Source: Vulcanimicrobiales bacterium
GTDB taxonomy: Bacteria > Vulcanimicrobiota > Vulcanimicrobiia > Vulcanimicrobiales > Vulcanimicrobiaceae
Length of the DNA stretch: 64,000 bases
Direction: 5' to 3'
NCBI GenBank assembly: GCA_038231455.1
Contig: JBBRLI010000011.1
Location: 32,001 to 96,000 of the forward strand
The notes under the pieces were generated by a model, which saw only the letters and a program-made list of their open reading frames with translations, had not been told where the DNA came from and did not search any database. A program made the translations under genes and the position numbers. Positions 55,994 to 64,000 of the stretch are shown here, one piece after another (within the stretch, counting starts at the first letter, position 1; each line of letters begins with the position of its first letter).

Positions 55994-58119
55994 AAATTTT
56001 GTATCCAAAAATCCATCTGTCGCGTGAGGAGGTGGCGGCGTTCGGGAATCCCCGTCACGCCGTGGCGCTTGCGGGGATACACGTCGAGATCCACTTGAAT
56101 CCCGGCTTTGATGAACGCTTGCACGAGGCTGATGGTATTTGCCATGTGGACGTTGTCATCGCTCGTTCCGTGCTGCATTAGCAGCTTGCCTTTGAGGTTG
56201 GACGCCTTCTCAAGCACGGAACTCTCACGATAGATCGCCGCATTTTTCTGCGGTGTCCCCATGTAGCGCTCGGTGTAGATCGTATCGTACAGCGACCAAT
56301 CGGCCACCGTCCCGCCCGCTTCCCCCGCTTTAAAGACGCCCGGTGCGTGCGTCATGACGTAGGTCGTCTCGTATCCGCCGAAGCTCCAGCCCGTGATCCC
56401 TAAACGTGCGGCATCGACGAAGGGCTGTGCCGCAAGATATTTTGCGCCCGCGAGTTGACCGGCAAGCGAGCGCGGACCGAGTGCGTGATACATCGAGCGT
56501 ACCGCGGCTGACTTGTCGATCTGCGAACCGGGACCGTCGATGCTAAAGACGATGAAGCCGCGCTGGGCGAGGGCGCGATTAAAGAGTGCGCCCGAGCCGC
56601 CCCAGACGTTGCGCGTCGTCGGCGACGCCGGGCCGCCGTAGATCGAGACGATCACCGGGTACTTCTTCTGCGCATCGAAGTCCGGCGGCTTGATCATCCA
56701 CGCATCGAGCGCACCGTCGGGTGAATCAACCGAGAGTGCGACTTGTTCTGGGAGTGCGAGCGGTGCGATCGATTTGCTCTGCATGAAGACGGCACCCGTG
56801 TTCGTTTGGTGGAGGTCGCCGATCGAAACGATTGCTGGCGCGTTCATCGTGGAAAACGTATCCAGGTAGGCGGAACCCGACGCCGGCACCGACGTCGCGT
56901 GCGTTCCGGCAGAGCTTGCAACGATACGCATCTTCCCGCTCGGAAGAGCGATCGCGAGCAGCGAGGTGTCGCGCCGGGTCGGATACGCCGCGCTGACGTA
57001 CGCGACGTCGGCGTCGATGCGCTCGATCGCGTTCACGCGGTAGCCGTGGGTAAGTGTCGTATTCGTACCGTTGCGGACGTCCGTGCGCGTGAGGGCCTGC
57101 TCTCCCGTGTCTTCGCTCACGCGGTACATGGATTTGCCATCGTGCGAGAATTGCGGCCGTTCGCGCGCTTCGACCCAGGTCTTCGAATCTTCGTGCGCGA
57201 TCGTCCGCTGCGTGCCGCCTTCGAACGCAACGAAACGCATGTGTTGTTGGGGACGATCGAGGATCTCTGCCACGAGCGTACCGCTGGGCAGAAAGGCGAT
57301 CGTCGGAACATAGTCGTCGTTCTTCTTCGTCGTATAATACGTGCGCGGCGCTCCACCGGAAGCGGAGATTTCGCGCAGGGTGACGACCGGATTCTTTTCG
57401 CCCGCCAGCGGATACCGTTCGAGTTCGACTTTTTGGTCGGCGTTCAAGAAATCGACGATCGGATACGCCGTCACCGGCGCATCATCAAAATGCAAGTACG
57501 CGATCCGATCGCCGGCGGGCGACCAGCGATACGCGTGATCCATGCCGAGCTCTTCGGAATACACCCAATCCGGATCGCCGTCGACATCGGTCGGTCGACC
57601 GGTGCGGGTCAGTTGCGTTTGCACGCCGCTCTTGAGATTCACGACCCCAAGTCCCCCGTCATGAACGTAGGCGATCCGGTCGCCGCTTGGCGACCACTGC
57701 GGATCGTCAACGCTTTTGGCTACTCGCTTTTTCGCCGTACCATCGGCCGAAATGACGTAGAGATCGCCGCCGTCGAGATACGCGAGCATGCGGCTATCGG
57801 GGGACCAGACGATCTCGGCAACCGGCCGCGCGCCTTTACCGAGCGCATTTGCTTTGAAGAAAATGCGATCGGTTTTGGTTCGCACGTCGTAGACGTGGGT
57901 GTCGAGCGGCTCCAGTTTGCCGCCGGGGAGCGTGTAGAGAAAGCGCGTCCCATCGGGCGACCAGGTCGGTCGCGCCGGGAGCCGTCCCGTGAGTGGTTCG
58001 GCCGCCACGATATCGGTAATTTGCAGCGGCTTTGCGACGGCAGTGTCGGCAGAGACCGCCGCGAGCGGAAATGCGAAAAATGCCGCCGTGGATACCATCG
58101 CGAAACGCAGTAGACGCAA
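55990..58119 (-). CDS. S9 family dipeptidyl peptidase IV-like protein
   Basis: Signal peptide, WSPD propeller repeats, DWVYSEE, YPLAG, YGGP, GWSFGG, YTERYM, HGTSDDNVH, terminal His. Start TTG 58119 with GGGGA SD. Confidence 0.93.
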   Translation of the reverse strand: MRLLRFAMVSTAAFFAFPLAAVSADTAVAKPLQITDIVAAEPLTGRLPARPTWSPDGTRFLYTLPGGKLEPLDTHVYDVRTKTDRIFFKANALGKGARPVAEIVWSPDSRMLAYLDGGDLYVISADGTAKKRVAKSVDDPQWSPSGDRIAYVHDGGLGVVNLKSGVQTQLTRTGRPTDVDGDPDWVYSEELGMDHAYRWSPAGDRIAYLHFDDAPVTAYPIVDFLNADQKVELERYPLAGEKNPVVTLREISASGGAPRTYYTTKKNDDYVPTIAFLPSGTLVAEILDRPQQHMRFVAFEGGTQRTIAHEDSKTWVEARERPQFSHDGKSMYRVSEDTGEQALTRTDVRNGTNTTLTHGYRVNAIERIDADVAYVSAAYPTRRDTSLLAIALPSGKMRIVASSAGTHATSVPASGSAYLDTFSTMNAPAIVSIGDLHQTNTGAVFMQSKSIAPLALPEQVALSVDSPDGALDAWMIKPPDFDAQKKYPVIVSIYGGPASPTTRNVWGGSGALFNRALAQRGFIVFSIDGPGSQIDKSAAVRSMYHALGPRSLAGQLAGAKYLAAQPFVDAARLGITGWSFGGYETTYVMTHAPGVFKAGEAGGTVADWSLYDTIYTERYMGTPQKNAAIYRESSVLEKASNLKGKLLMQHGTSDDNVHMANTISLVQAFIKAGIQVDLDVYPRKRHGVTGIPERRHLLTRQMDFWIQNL

Positions 58120-58144
58120 AAGAACTTCCCCCAAACGAGTGATG

Positions 58145-58639
58145 ATGAACGACAAAGAACAGAATCCGATCGTCGCGATGGCGATGAAAATCCGCGCCAG
58201 TCGCGACCTTGCCGCCGCGGTCGATTCCGCGACGTCCATAACGAGCACCGCGGGGACCGACGCCGAGCAATCGTTCGCCGCCTTAGGCGAGGTTCTCGCT
58301 ATCGGCTCGAAACGCCTCAATTCGATCCTCGGCAAAGGGGGCATTACCTTCGTGCGCTTGGAGAAGCCCGTGCGCTTCCGCCTGCGTTTTGGTGAGAAGC
58401 GTATCAGCCTGGATCTCGACCGCGTCCAGCAGCTCGTCGTTATCAAAGGCGAGGGCTTCGAGGGCGAATATCAATTCGATGTCGGCGCGAACGTGCCGTC
58501 GCTGATCAACCTCTCGAAACTCTCGAACGATCCGGGCTACGGCGAGGCGATCACCGGCACGTCGCTACTTAAAGCGATCGCCGCGGACGCGGAATTGCCG
58601 CGGCCCGCACACCTCGACGTCCCGCCGCTGCAACTGTAA
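58145..58639 (+). CDS. Hypothetical protein (~164 aa)
   Basis: Strong coding-like codon usage from MNDKEQNPIV; fills the gap between the peptidase and nth. Confidence 0.75.
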   Translation: MNDKEQNPIVAMAMKIRASRDLAAAVDSATSITSTAGTDAEQSFAALGEVLAIGSKRLNSILGKGGITFVRLEKPVRFRLRFGEKRISLDLDRVQQLVVIKGEGFEGEYQFDVGANVPSLINLSKLSNDPGYGEAITGTSLLKAIAADAELPRPAHLDVPPLQL

Positions 58640-59315
58640 CCTTCGCCGCACGCGTGCGCGCAACGATCGGCGCGGACGGGCAAATCGTTTGCAACGGGCA
58701 GCGTTCGCACTGCGGCGTGGGCGCTTTACAGATCGCACGGCCGTGTAAGATCAGCCAATGGTGCGCGTGCCGCCATTTCTCGCTTGGCACGAGTTTCGTT
58801 ACGTCTTCTTCCACGGCGCGCGGGGTCGTGCCGAGCGTCAGTCCGAGGCGATGCGACACGCGAAAAACGTGCGTGTCGACCGCGAACGCCGCTTCCTCGA
58901 AGGCAACCGACATCACGACGTTGGCCGTTTTGCGGCCGACGCCGGGAAGCGCTTCGAGCGACTCACGATCCGCGGGGACGACACCCCCGTGGTCGCTCAT
59001 CAGGCCGCGTGCTGCATTGACGATGTTCTTCGCTTTCATGCGATAGAAGCCGCACGATTTGACGATCGGCTCGACATCGAGGGGGTCCGCTGCGGCAAGT
59101 TGAGCGGGACCCGGGTACGCTGCAAACAGCTGTGGAGTCGTAAGATTGACACGCACATCCGTGCACTGCGCCGAGAGGATGACGGCGATGAGCAATTCGA
59201 AGGGGTTCCGATAGTCGAGCGCCGTGACGGCGGTGGGATACGTTGCCTCCAAGATTGCCAGCTCGTCGTGGGCGCGTGCTCGCGTGACCTTGCGTTTTGG
59301 AAATGGGATACTCAC
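58569..59315 (-). CDS. nth: Endonuclease III
   Basis: PFELLIAVILSAQCTD, LPGVGRKTANVV (HhH), AVDTHV, HGR and C-x6-C-x2-C-x5-C Fe-S motif. Confidence 0.96.
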   Translation of the reverse strand: MSIPFPKRKVTRARAHDELAILEATYPTAVTALDYRNPFELLIAVILSAQCTDVRVNLTTPQLFAAYPGPAQLAAADPLDVEPIVKSCGFYRMKAKNIVNAARGLMSDHGGVVPADRESLEALPGVGRKTANVVMSVAFEEAAFAVDTHVFRVSHRLGLTLGTTPRAVEEDVTKLVPSEKWRHAHHWLILHGRAICKAPTPQCERCPLQTICPSAPIVARTRAAKVTVAAAGRRGVRAAAIPRPRRSL

Positions 59316-59393
59316 GACCGAAGCTTGGCGGGGGACGATTTGACGCCTTCACCCAAGGTGGACGTCTCCATTTGCTTGCGAGGGTGTTCGACT

Positions 59394-60245
59394 ATGGACG
59401 TACGGATGGTAGCCGCTTTAATCGCCACGATGGCGCCGGGCATCGCGACAGCGCAAGAAAATCCGGACGTTGCGCCCCAACCAGGCCCAATTGCAATTTA
59501 TACGCGTATGACGCTAGCCATGCGCGCAGAAGCGATCCCTCCGCCGCTCTCGTATCGAGAAGTTTTCGAGCCAAGCGGGTTGACACTCACGGTTACCAAG
59601 CAGTCGCGCGCGGCCCGTCGAATCGCGTTGCTCTTTTCCCCGCAGGCACGCTCCACGGCGCTTGCAATTACCGAGGCGAACGGCACCGAGGGCATAACGA
59701 TTCGGGATGAAACGACGAACGAATCCTACACCGGAAACTCCCTCTTCACGTCGGTCACCTGGGCGGGCATTCGTCAAGCTCCGGGCGTCACGACGGCAGG
59801 CAAGGTACCCGTCCCCCAAGCCACGGGCGATGCGGGCGGATCGGCTGGACTCTTCGATCGAGCAGGCAGCACCCTGCGCTCCGATGTTATTGCGATCAGC
59901 GATAAATCGTATCGAATCGCGTTCGTAGCAAGTGAAGCGATCGATGATGCACCCGTGTATCATCTGCGCCTTACGCCGCGTTCCGATCCGGCAAGACATA
60001 CGATCCGAGACTTGTATGTCGATACGACAACGTATTTGGTACGCCGGGTCACAACCGAATTCAAAGACGAAGCGTATGTCAGCGGCTATTCGGGCCGACT
60101 CGCACTCGATTTCAGCCGAATCTCCGGATACTGGCTCGTCTCGGGCGGCACGCTTGCGAGTAAGGCGCACATCTTCTTACAACAGTTTCACGGCGAGGCG
60201 AGATTCTCGGTCCGCGACGTTGCGCTTGTCTCCGGAGAACGCTAA
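59394..60245 (+). CDS. Secreted hypothetical protein (LolA/LppX-like motif)
   Basis: Signal peptide (ATA-Q); EAIDDAPVYHLRLTP...DLYVDTTTY motif typical of LolA-like folds. Confidence 0.65.
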   Translation: MDVRMVAALIATMAPGIATAQENPDVAPQPGPIAIYTRMTLAMRAEAIPPPLSYREVFEPSGLTLTVTKQSRAARRIALLFSPQARSTALAITEANGTEGITIRDETTNESYTGNSLFTSVTWAGIRQAPGVTTAGKVPVPQATGDAGGSAGLFDRAGSTLRSDVIAISDKSYRIAFVASEAIDDAPVYHLRLTPRSDPARHTIRDLYVDTTTYLVRRVTTEFKDEAYVSGYSGRLALDFSRISGYWLVSGGTLASKAHIFLQQFHGEARFSVRDVALVSGER

Positions 60246-60292
60246 GGGTCGGTCGCGAAACCTTTTGCGTATCGCGCGGAATCTGAGCCAGC

Positions 60293-60889
60293 ATGCCGTT
60301 CTTCAAGCAAAAAGATGCCTCGATTCCGCCCGGGCAATCGCTGACCACCGGCTTTCCGGTACTCCACGTCGGCGACGTTCCGGCGTTCGATCCGGGGGCC
60401 TGGCGATTGAAATTTTCCGGCATGGTCGCAAGTCCGTTCGAGCTGAGTTTCGATGAACTACGCGCGTTGCCCTCAACCGAGTGGCGCGGCGACATTCACT
60501 GCGTGACGCGCTGGTCCAAGAAAGACACGATCTGGCGCGGCGTCTCGTTTAAGTCGCTTGTCGAACGCGCGCAGCCGCATCCGGGCGTGACGCACGTGAT
60601 CCAACACGCGGAGAATGCATACACGACGAATCTTCCGATTACGGACATGCTCGGGGACGACGTTCTCGTCGCGTATGAATTCGACGGAGCCGCGCTCGAA
60701 CCGATCCACGGCGGGCCGGTGCGCATGCTCGTTCCGAAGAAATACTTTTGGAAGAGCGCAAAGTGGGTGCACGGTTTTGAATTCCTCGATCACGACGTCA
60801 AGGGCTTCTGGGAAGTCCGCGGTTACAACAACGAAGCCGATCCTTGGAAAGAACAACGCTACAGCGATTTGCCGAGCTGGTTCGGATAA
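60293..60889 (+). CDS. Sulfite oxidase-like molybdopterin oxidoreductase (YuiH/MsrP-like)
   Basis: IPPGQ, FPVLH, DIHCVTRWS, YTTNLP, HGGPVR, YFWKSAKW, GFWE..GY. Confidence 0.92.
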   Translation: MPFFKQKDASIPPGQSLTTGFPVLHVGDVPAFDPGAWRLKFSGMVASPFELSFDELRALPSTEWRGDIHCVTRWSKKDTIWRGVSFKSLVERAQPHPGVTHVIQHAENAYTTNLPITDMLGDDVLVAYEFDGAALEPIHGGPVRMLVPKKYFWKSAKWVHGFEFLDHDVKGFWEVRGYNNEADPWKEQRYSDLPSWFG

Positions 60890-60890
60890 C

Positions 60891-60926
60891 AAAAAAAATG
60901 GAGCGACGAATCGCTCCATTTTTTTT
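60891..60926. terminator. Bidirectional intrinsic terminator
   Basis: A8-TGGAGCGA-CGAA-TCGCTCCA-T8 between convergent genes. Confidence 0.92.
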
Positions 60927-60945
60927 CAGTTACCGACGGGGGACG

Positions 60946-61791
60946 TTAGTCGAAGGCGCCCACGAGTTGGACGAGCTTGCCGTTCTGACCGTCAATCGCG
61001 TAGACGTCGAAGTTGATTAACGATTGATACGGGAGAAAGTTACTCGTATCGGCTGCGCCGCTCGTGCCGGCGTTCCCAGCTTGCCCTTGCGAGGGTAAGA
61101 CCGTTGCGGACGAGGTCGTCGGCGGCGTGTTCGGCGGGGCGACATAAAAACCAACGCCGGTTCCGGACGTTTGCGCCGGAATGATGACGTTCACAGCCGT
61201 CCCCTGACCCGTCGCACCACCGGTTGCCGGCGCAAATGTCGCCGTACCGGCTGAGGTATAATTCGAGCCCGGCGGCGTGAACGTGCCGAACGTCACCGTT
61301 GCCGCGCCTGCGGCAGCAGCGGCCGGAGATGCGTGATGGGCCGTTACGCTGGCTTGGCCAGCGGGCGTCGTGAACGGGATTTCTTGGAAGAACTGGCACT
61401 GCGAGCCCGTGGGCGTGCCGCCACCATTTGCGACCTTACCGGCGATCACGACCGTGTAGCGCTGATTGTTGCGAAGTTGCGGCAAATTACACGAGACAAC
61501 GGTGTTCGTCGCGCCGGCACCCGTCGCGACGATCGAAAGCGAAACGGTCGGTTCGTTCTGGAAGGTCGTAAACTGACCGTACGCCAGGCCCGTACCCGTT
61601 GCAAACGTGCCGCCGGTGTTGGTTCCAAGATGGATGTCGAGCGAACCGGCATCGGGCGAACCGTTGAGAAAACGCAGCTGCGCGGTTTCGCTAAGCGCGG
61701 TCGACGTACCGGAACTTCCGCCGCCGCAAGCGGCGAGGGAGGCGAGTGATGCGAGCGACAATATCGCAATCGCGGTGCGAGTATTCTTCAT
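60946..61791 (-). CDS. DUF4397-like lipoprotein
   Basis: Lipobox LAA-C; LRFLNGSPDAGSLDI and HHASP repeats. Confidence 0.75.
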   Translation of the reverse strand: MKNTRTAIAILSLASLASLAACGGGSSGTSTALSETAQLRFLNGSPDAGSLDIHLGTNTGGTFATGTGLAYGQFTTFQNEPTVSLSIVATGAGATNTVVSCNLPQLRNNQRYTVVIAGKVANGGGTPTGSQCQFFQEIPFTTPAGQASVTAHHASPAAAAAGAATVTFGTFTPPGSNYTSAGTATFAPATGGATGQGTAVNVIIPAQTSGTGVGFYVAPPNTPPTTSSATVLPSQGQAGNAGTSGAADTSNFLPYQSLINFDVYAIDGQNGKLVQLVGAFD

Positions 61792-61847
61792 GTGCGTGTC
61801 CTTTTGCTGGTATCAGAGTCGAAGAGATGACCGCACGAAGAATACCC

Positions 61848-61879
61848 AACGGCCGCCGGTTATCACACCGGCGGCCGTT
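61848..61879. other. 13-bp perfect hairpin between the two DUF4397-like genes
   Basis: AACGGCCGCCGGT-TATCAC-ACCGGCGGCCGTT. Confidence 0.7.
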
Positions 61880-61953
61880 CTTTAACAATCGAATCATCGT
61901 AAGCTCGCTTGCTCACAATTGCATTGCGTGCGCGCGCACGCTCGGCTTTCCGA

Positions 61954-62793
61954 TCAGTCGAAACGAGCGACGAGTTGCAATGCTGAGGTCGCGCTCTTCG
62001 AGTCGATCGCGAAGATCGAGAGATGGTAATCACCGGGGAACGGAAAGAGACTTCCCGTATTCGCCGGGTCGATCGCCGAGGGTTCCAATTTAAATGCCGG
62101 TGCCACGGTGCTCGAAGCCGTCTGACCGTTTGCGACCACGTAGAATCCAATGCCGGGCGCCGTCGCAGCAGCTGCCGGGACGAGCGACGGAGCGGGTTGC
62201 GGTACCGGCGCCGTGCCGCCGGCAAACGTAACGGTTGAACTTACGGAATAGTTCGTCGCAGCGGGGCTGTAGGTTCCCCAATCGATCTTCGATGCGAAGC
62301 TCGGAGCGCTGTGATGGAAATTCACGACGCCCTGCAGCGTCGTATTCGTGTAGGTCGGCTCGGAGAAGAGCTGCATCTGCAGGTTACTCTTTGCGGCAGT
62401 ACCGGCGAGGACGACCGTGATCTGTTTATTCGCGCCCGATAGAACGGGGGTCGTCACCGCAGGGACGATCGGCGTCGACGTGCCGGTGGTGTCGAATTCA
62501 ATCTTGTGCGGGACGCCGCCCGAAATCAAATAGTACGGCGTCACCGCACTAAAAGGGAGCTGCGAGATGAGCAGAACGCCGTCCACATAGACGTCGAAGG
62601 TGCCCGGGGAAGTCGTGCTTCCAACGACGTCAGGTGAGCCGGCGACGAATCGCACGACCGCGGTTCCCGTCGCGTTCGGATTCGGCGTTGAGGGCGCCGT
62701 TGCGCCGGGCGTGATCGTTGATCCGCCGCATGCCGCGAGTGAAACGGCGACGACGCCGATAAAGCCGAGTAACGTTGTACGAATGACCTGCAT
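61954..62793 (-). CDS. DUF4397-like lipoprotein (paralog of 60946-61791)
   Basis: Lipobox LAA-C; VRFVAGSPD...FDVYVDG, FHHSAP; shared C-terminus AID...QLVxxFD. Confidence 0.78.
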   Translation of the reverse strand: MQVIRTTLLGFIGVVAVSLAACGGSTITPGATAPSTPNPNATGTAVVRFVAGSPDVVGSTTSPGTFDVYVDGVLLISQLPFSAVTPYYLISGGVPHKIEFDTTGTSTPIVPAVTTPVLSGANKQITVVLAGTAAKSNLQMQLFSEPTYTNTTLQGVVNFHHSAPSFASKIDWGTYSPAATNYSVSSTVTFAGGTAPVPQPAPSLVPAAAATAPGIGFYVVANGQTASSTVAPAFKLEPSAIDPANTGSLFPFPGDYHLSIFAIDSKSATSALQLVARFD

Positions 62794-62810
62794 GGAGAAT
62801 TCCCTTCGAA

Positions 62811-63725
62811 CTATCGGAGGCGGATGCCGCTTTCTTCGCGGGCAATGATGCGTTCGCGCTCGAGCGCGGCGACGGTTGGTTCGAGTTCAACAAGCCGGTC
62901 GGCAGGGACGACGGCGGCGAGATCCGCGATGAGCGCGGAGACGCTGAGCACGTCGTTCCCCGGTAGATCGCGCAGCCGGTCGATGATACGTCCGCGCAAA
63001 AAGCGCGTCGTACGCTCGAATGGCAGCGACTCCTGCGGCGACCGGCGCGGGGCATATGCCCGCGCTCGCTCGCCTAAGGTAGCAGCATCGACCGGCGCCG
63101 CGGCACACCAGGGCGTCAGCGGACAAATCAAACACTTGGGTGCGCGCGCGGTACAGATGGTTGCGCCCAAGTCCATCATTGCCGAGTTCCAATCATGGGC
63201 AAGTCCGCTTGGAAGCTCCTGGGCAGCAAGCCCGTCCAGTTCCGCTGGCGTCGCAAGCGGTGGATATTCGAGGCCGAGGTGCGTGCGATGAATGACGCGC
63301 CGCAAATTGGTATCCATTGCAACATCATCGCTTTCGAAAACGAACGCCCGCACGGCGGCTGCCGTATAGGGGCCAACGCCGGGTAAGGCTCGTAGCGCTT
63401 CGCGATCGCTTGGGAGAGCACCGCGTTCACCAACGGCGACGGCGAGTGCATGGAGGCGCAGCGCGCGCGAGTTGTAGCCGAGCCCGCGCCACATGCGAAC
63501 GACATCGCCGCTGGCACTTGCCGCGAGCGCTTCAAAGGTCGGGAAGCGCTCGAGAAATGCCTCGTAGAGCGGGATGACACGATCGACTTGTGTCTGCTGC
63601 AACATGAACTCGCTCACGATGACGCGATACGGGTCGCGCGTGGAGCGCCATGGTAACTTCGCGCGCCCGAACGCCGCGTACCACGCGAGGAGCGCCGCTG
63701 TGCGCGGCGCGAGGAGCGGTGCTAT
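62811..63725 (-). CDS. mutY: A/G-specific adenine glycosylase (short MutY type)
   Basis: LLAWY...LPWR..DPY...SEFMLQQTQV, WRGLGYNSRA, LPGVGPYTA, DTN, MDLGATIC and Fe-S Cys motif. Start probably non-canonical ATA (see findings). Confidence 0.9.
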   Translation of the reverse strand: MAPLLAPRTAALLAWYAAFGRAKLPWRSTRDPYRVIVSEFMLQQTQVDRVIPLYEAFLERFPTFEALAASASGDVVRMWRGLGYNSRALRLHALAVAVGERGALPSDREALRALPGVGPYTAAAVRAFVFESDDVAMDTNLRRVIHRTHLGLEYPPLATPAELDGLAAQELPSGLAHDWNSAMMDLGATICTARAPKCLICPLTPWCAAAPVDAATLGERARAYAPRRSPQESLPFERTTRFLRGRIIDRLRDLPGNDVLSVSALIADLAAVVPADRLVELEPTVAALERERIIAREESGIRLR

Positions 63726-64000
63726 GAGAGCGCCGCTCCGATGCGTTTGATGCCCTCGGCGATCAGCGATTTATCAACCGGCGTGAGCGCAAGACGAAAG
63801 TTGTGATCGCCGCCCGACGAGGCGAAGAATGCCTCACCGAAAAGAAACGACGCGCCGTTGCGTTCGCTTGCATCGAGCAATGCGCGCGCGCGAATGTCGC
63901 GCGATGCCGTTGCCCAGAGATAGTAACCGCCGCCCGCTCGAGCCAGGCGCATGGTACTCGGCCAGTACTGATCGATCGCCGCGAACGCGATCGATCGGCG
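63722..64000 (-). CDS. PLP-dependent aminotransferase (class I/II, MocR/ARO8-like), C-terminal part only
   Basis: RR…AIDQYWP…GGGYYLW…GEAFF…FRLAL…IAEGIKRI; 5' part lies outside the window. Confidence 0.8.
   Translation of the reverse strand, partial: RRSIAFAAIDQYWPSTMRLARAGGGYYLWATASRDIRARALLDASERNGASFLFGEAFFASSGGDHNFRLALTPVDKSLIAEGIKRIGAALS

Noticed and set aside
56743-58113. 456-aa plus-strand ORF
   Set aside because: Antisense to the well-supported S9 peptidase.
58758-59393. N-terminal extension of the 495-aa ORF
   Set aside because: Antisense to nth; the real gene starts at the signal peptide (ATG 59394).
1-64000. CRISPR arrays, tRNA/rRNA genes, prophage or IS transposases
   Set aside because: None recognised by eye; the intergenic spaces are short and lack spaced direct repeats or tRNA motifs.

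Overview
A gene-dense, GC-rich bacterial chromosomal window. It encodes outer-membrane machinery (two TonB-dependent receptors, TolC) together with Terrabacteria-type housekeeping genes (RNase J, short-form DnaK, futalosine menaquinone genes). This combination suggests a diderm terrabacterial lineage such as Ca. Eremiobacterota/Vulcanimicrobiota (inference only). Contents in order: rodZ (partial), mnmA, a serine hydrolase, mqnC-mqnA-mqnE, two paralogous TonB-dependent receptor + lipoprotein cassettes flanking an orphan dppC-like permease, an EamA transporter and a signal-peptide TonB C-domain protein, an isocitrate/isopropylmalate dehydrogenase, ftsK, a PAP2 phosphatase, an amidase with a Tat-signal partner, Uma2, rnj, a Yip1/Yip1/TolC/MFP/MacB-type ABC exporter operon, htrA, an SDR/AraC islet, dnaK-grpE-dnaJ, several ABC exporters, an acyl-CoA synthetase, VIT1, an S9 peptidase, nth, a Mo-oxidoreductase, two DUF4397-like lipoproteins, mutY and a partial PLP aminotransferase. 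I saw no rRNA, tRNA, CRISPR array, transposase or integrase. Most interesting observations: (1) a duplicated SusC/SusD-analogous receptor + lipoprotein module whose lipoprotein family I do not recognise, with an apparently soluble TonB C-domain protein; (2) a ~200-nt structured inverted-repeat element with AGGA loops, set in a zone of altered codon usage; (3) a Tat-signal GatC/AtzG-like partner beside a signal-less amidase; (4) an 18-aa Lys-rich micropeptide with its own candidate promoter, SD and terminator, absent from the ORF track; (5) a 55-aa stand-alone peptide gene upstream of ABC exporters; (6) mutY apparently starting at AUA; (7) recurring ECF-sigma-like promoters. All product calls come from motif recognition by eye; no database searches were run.
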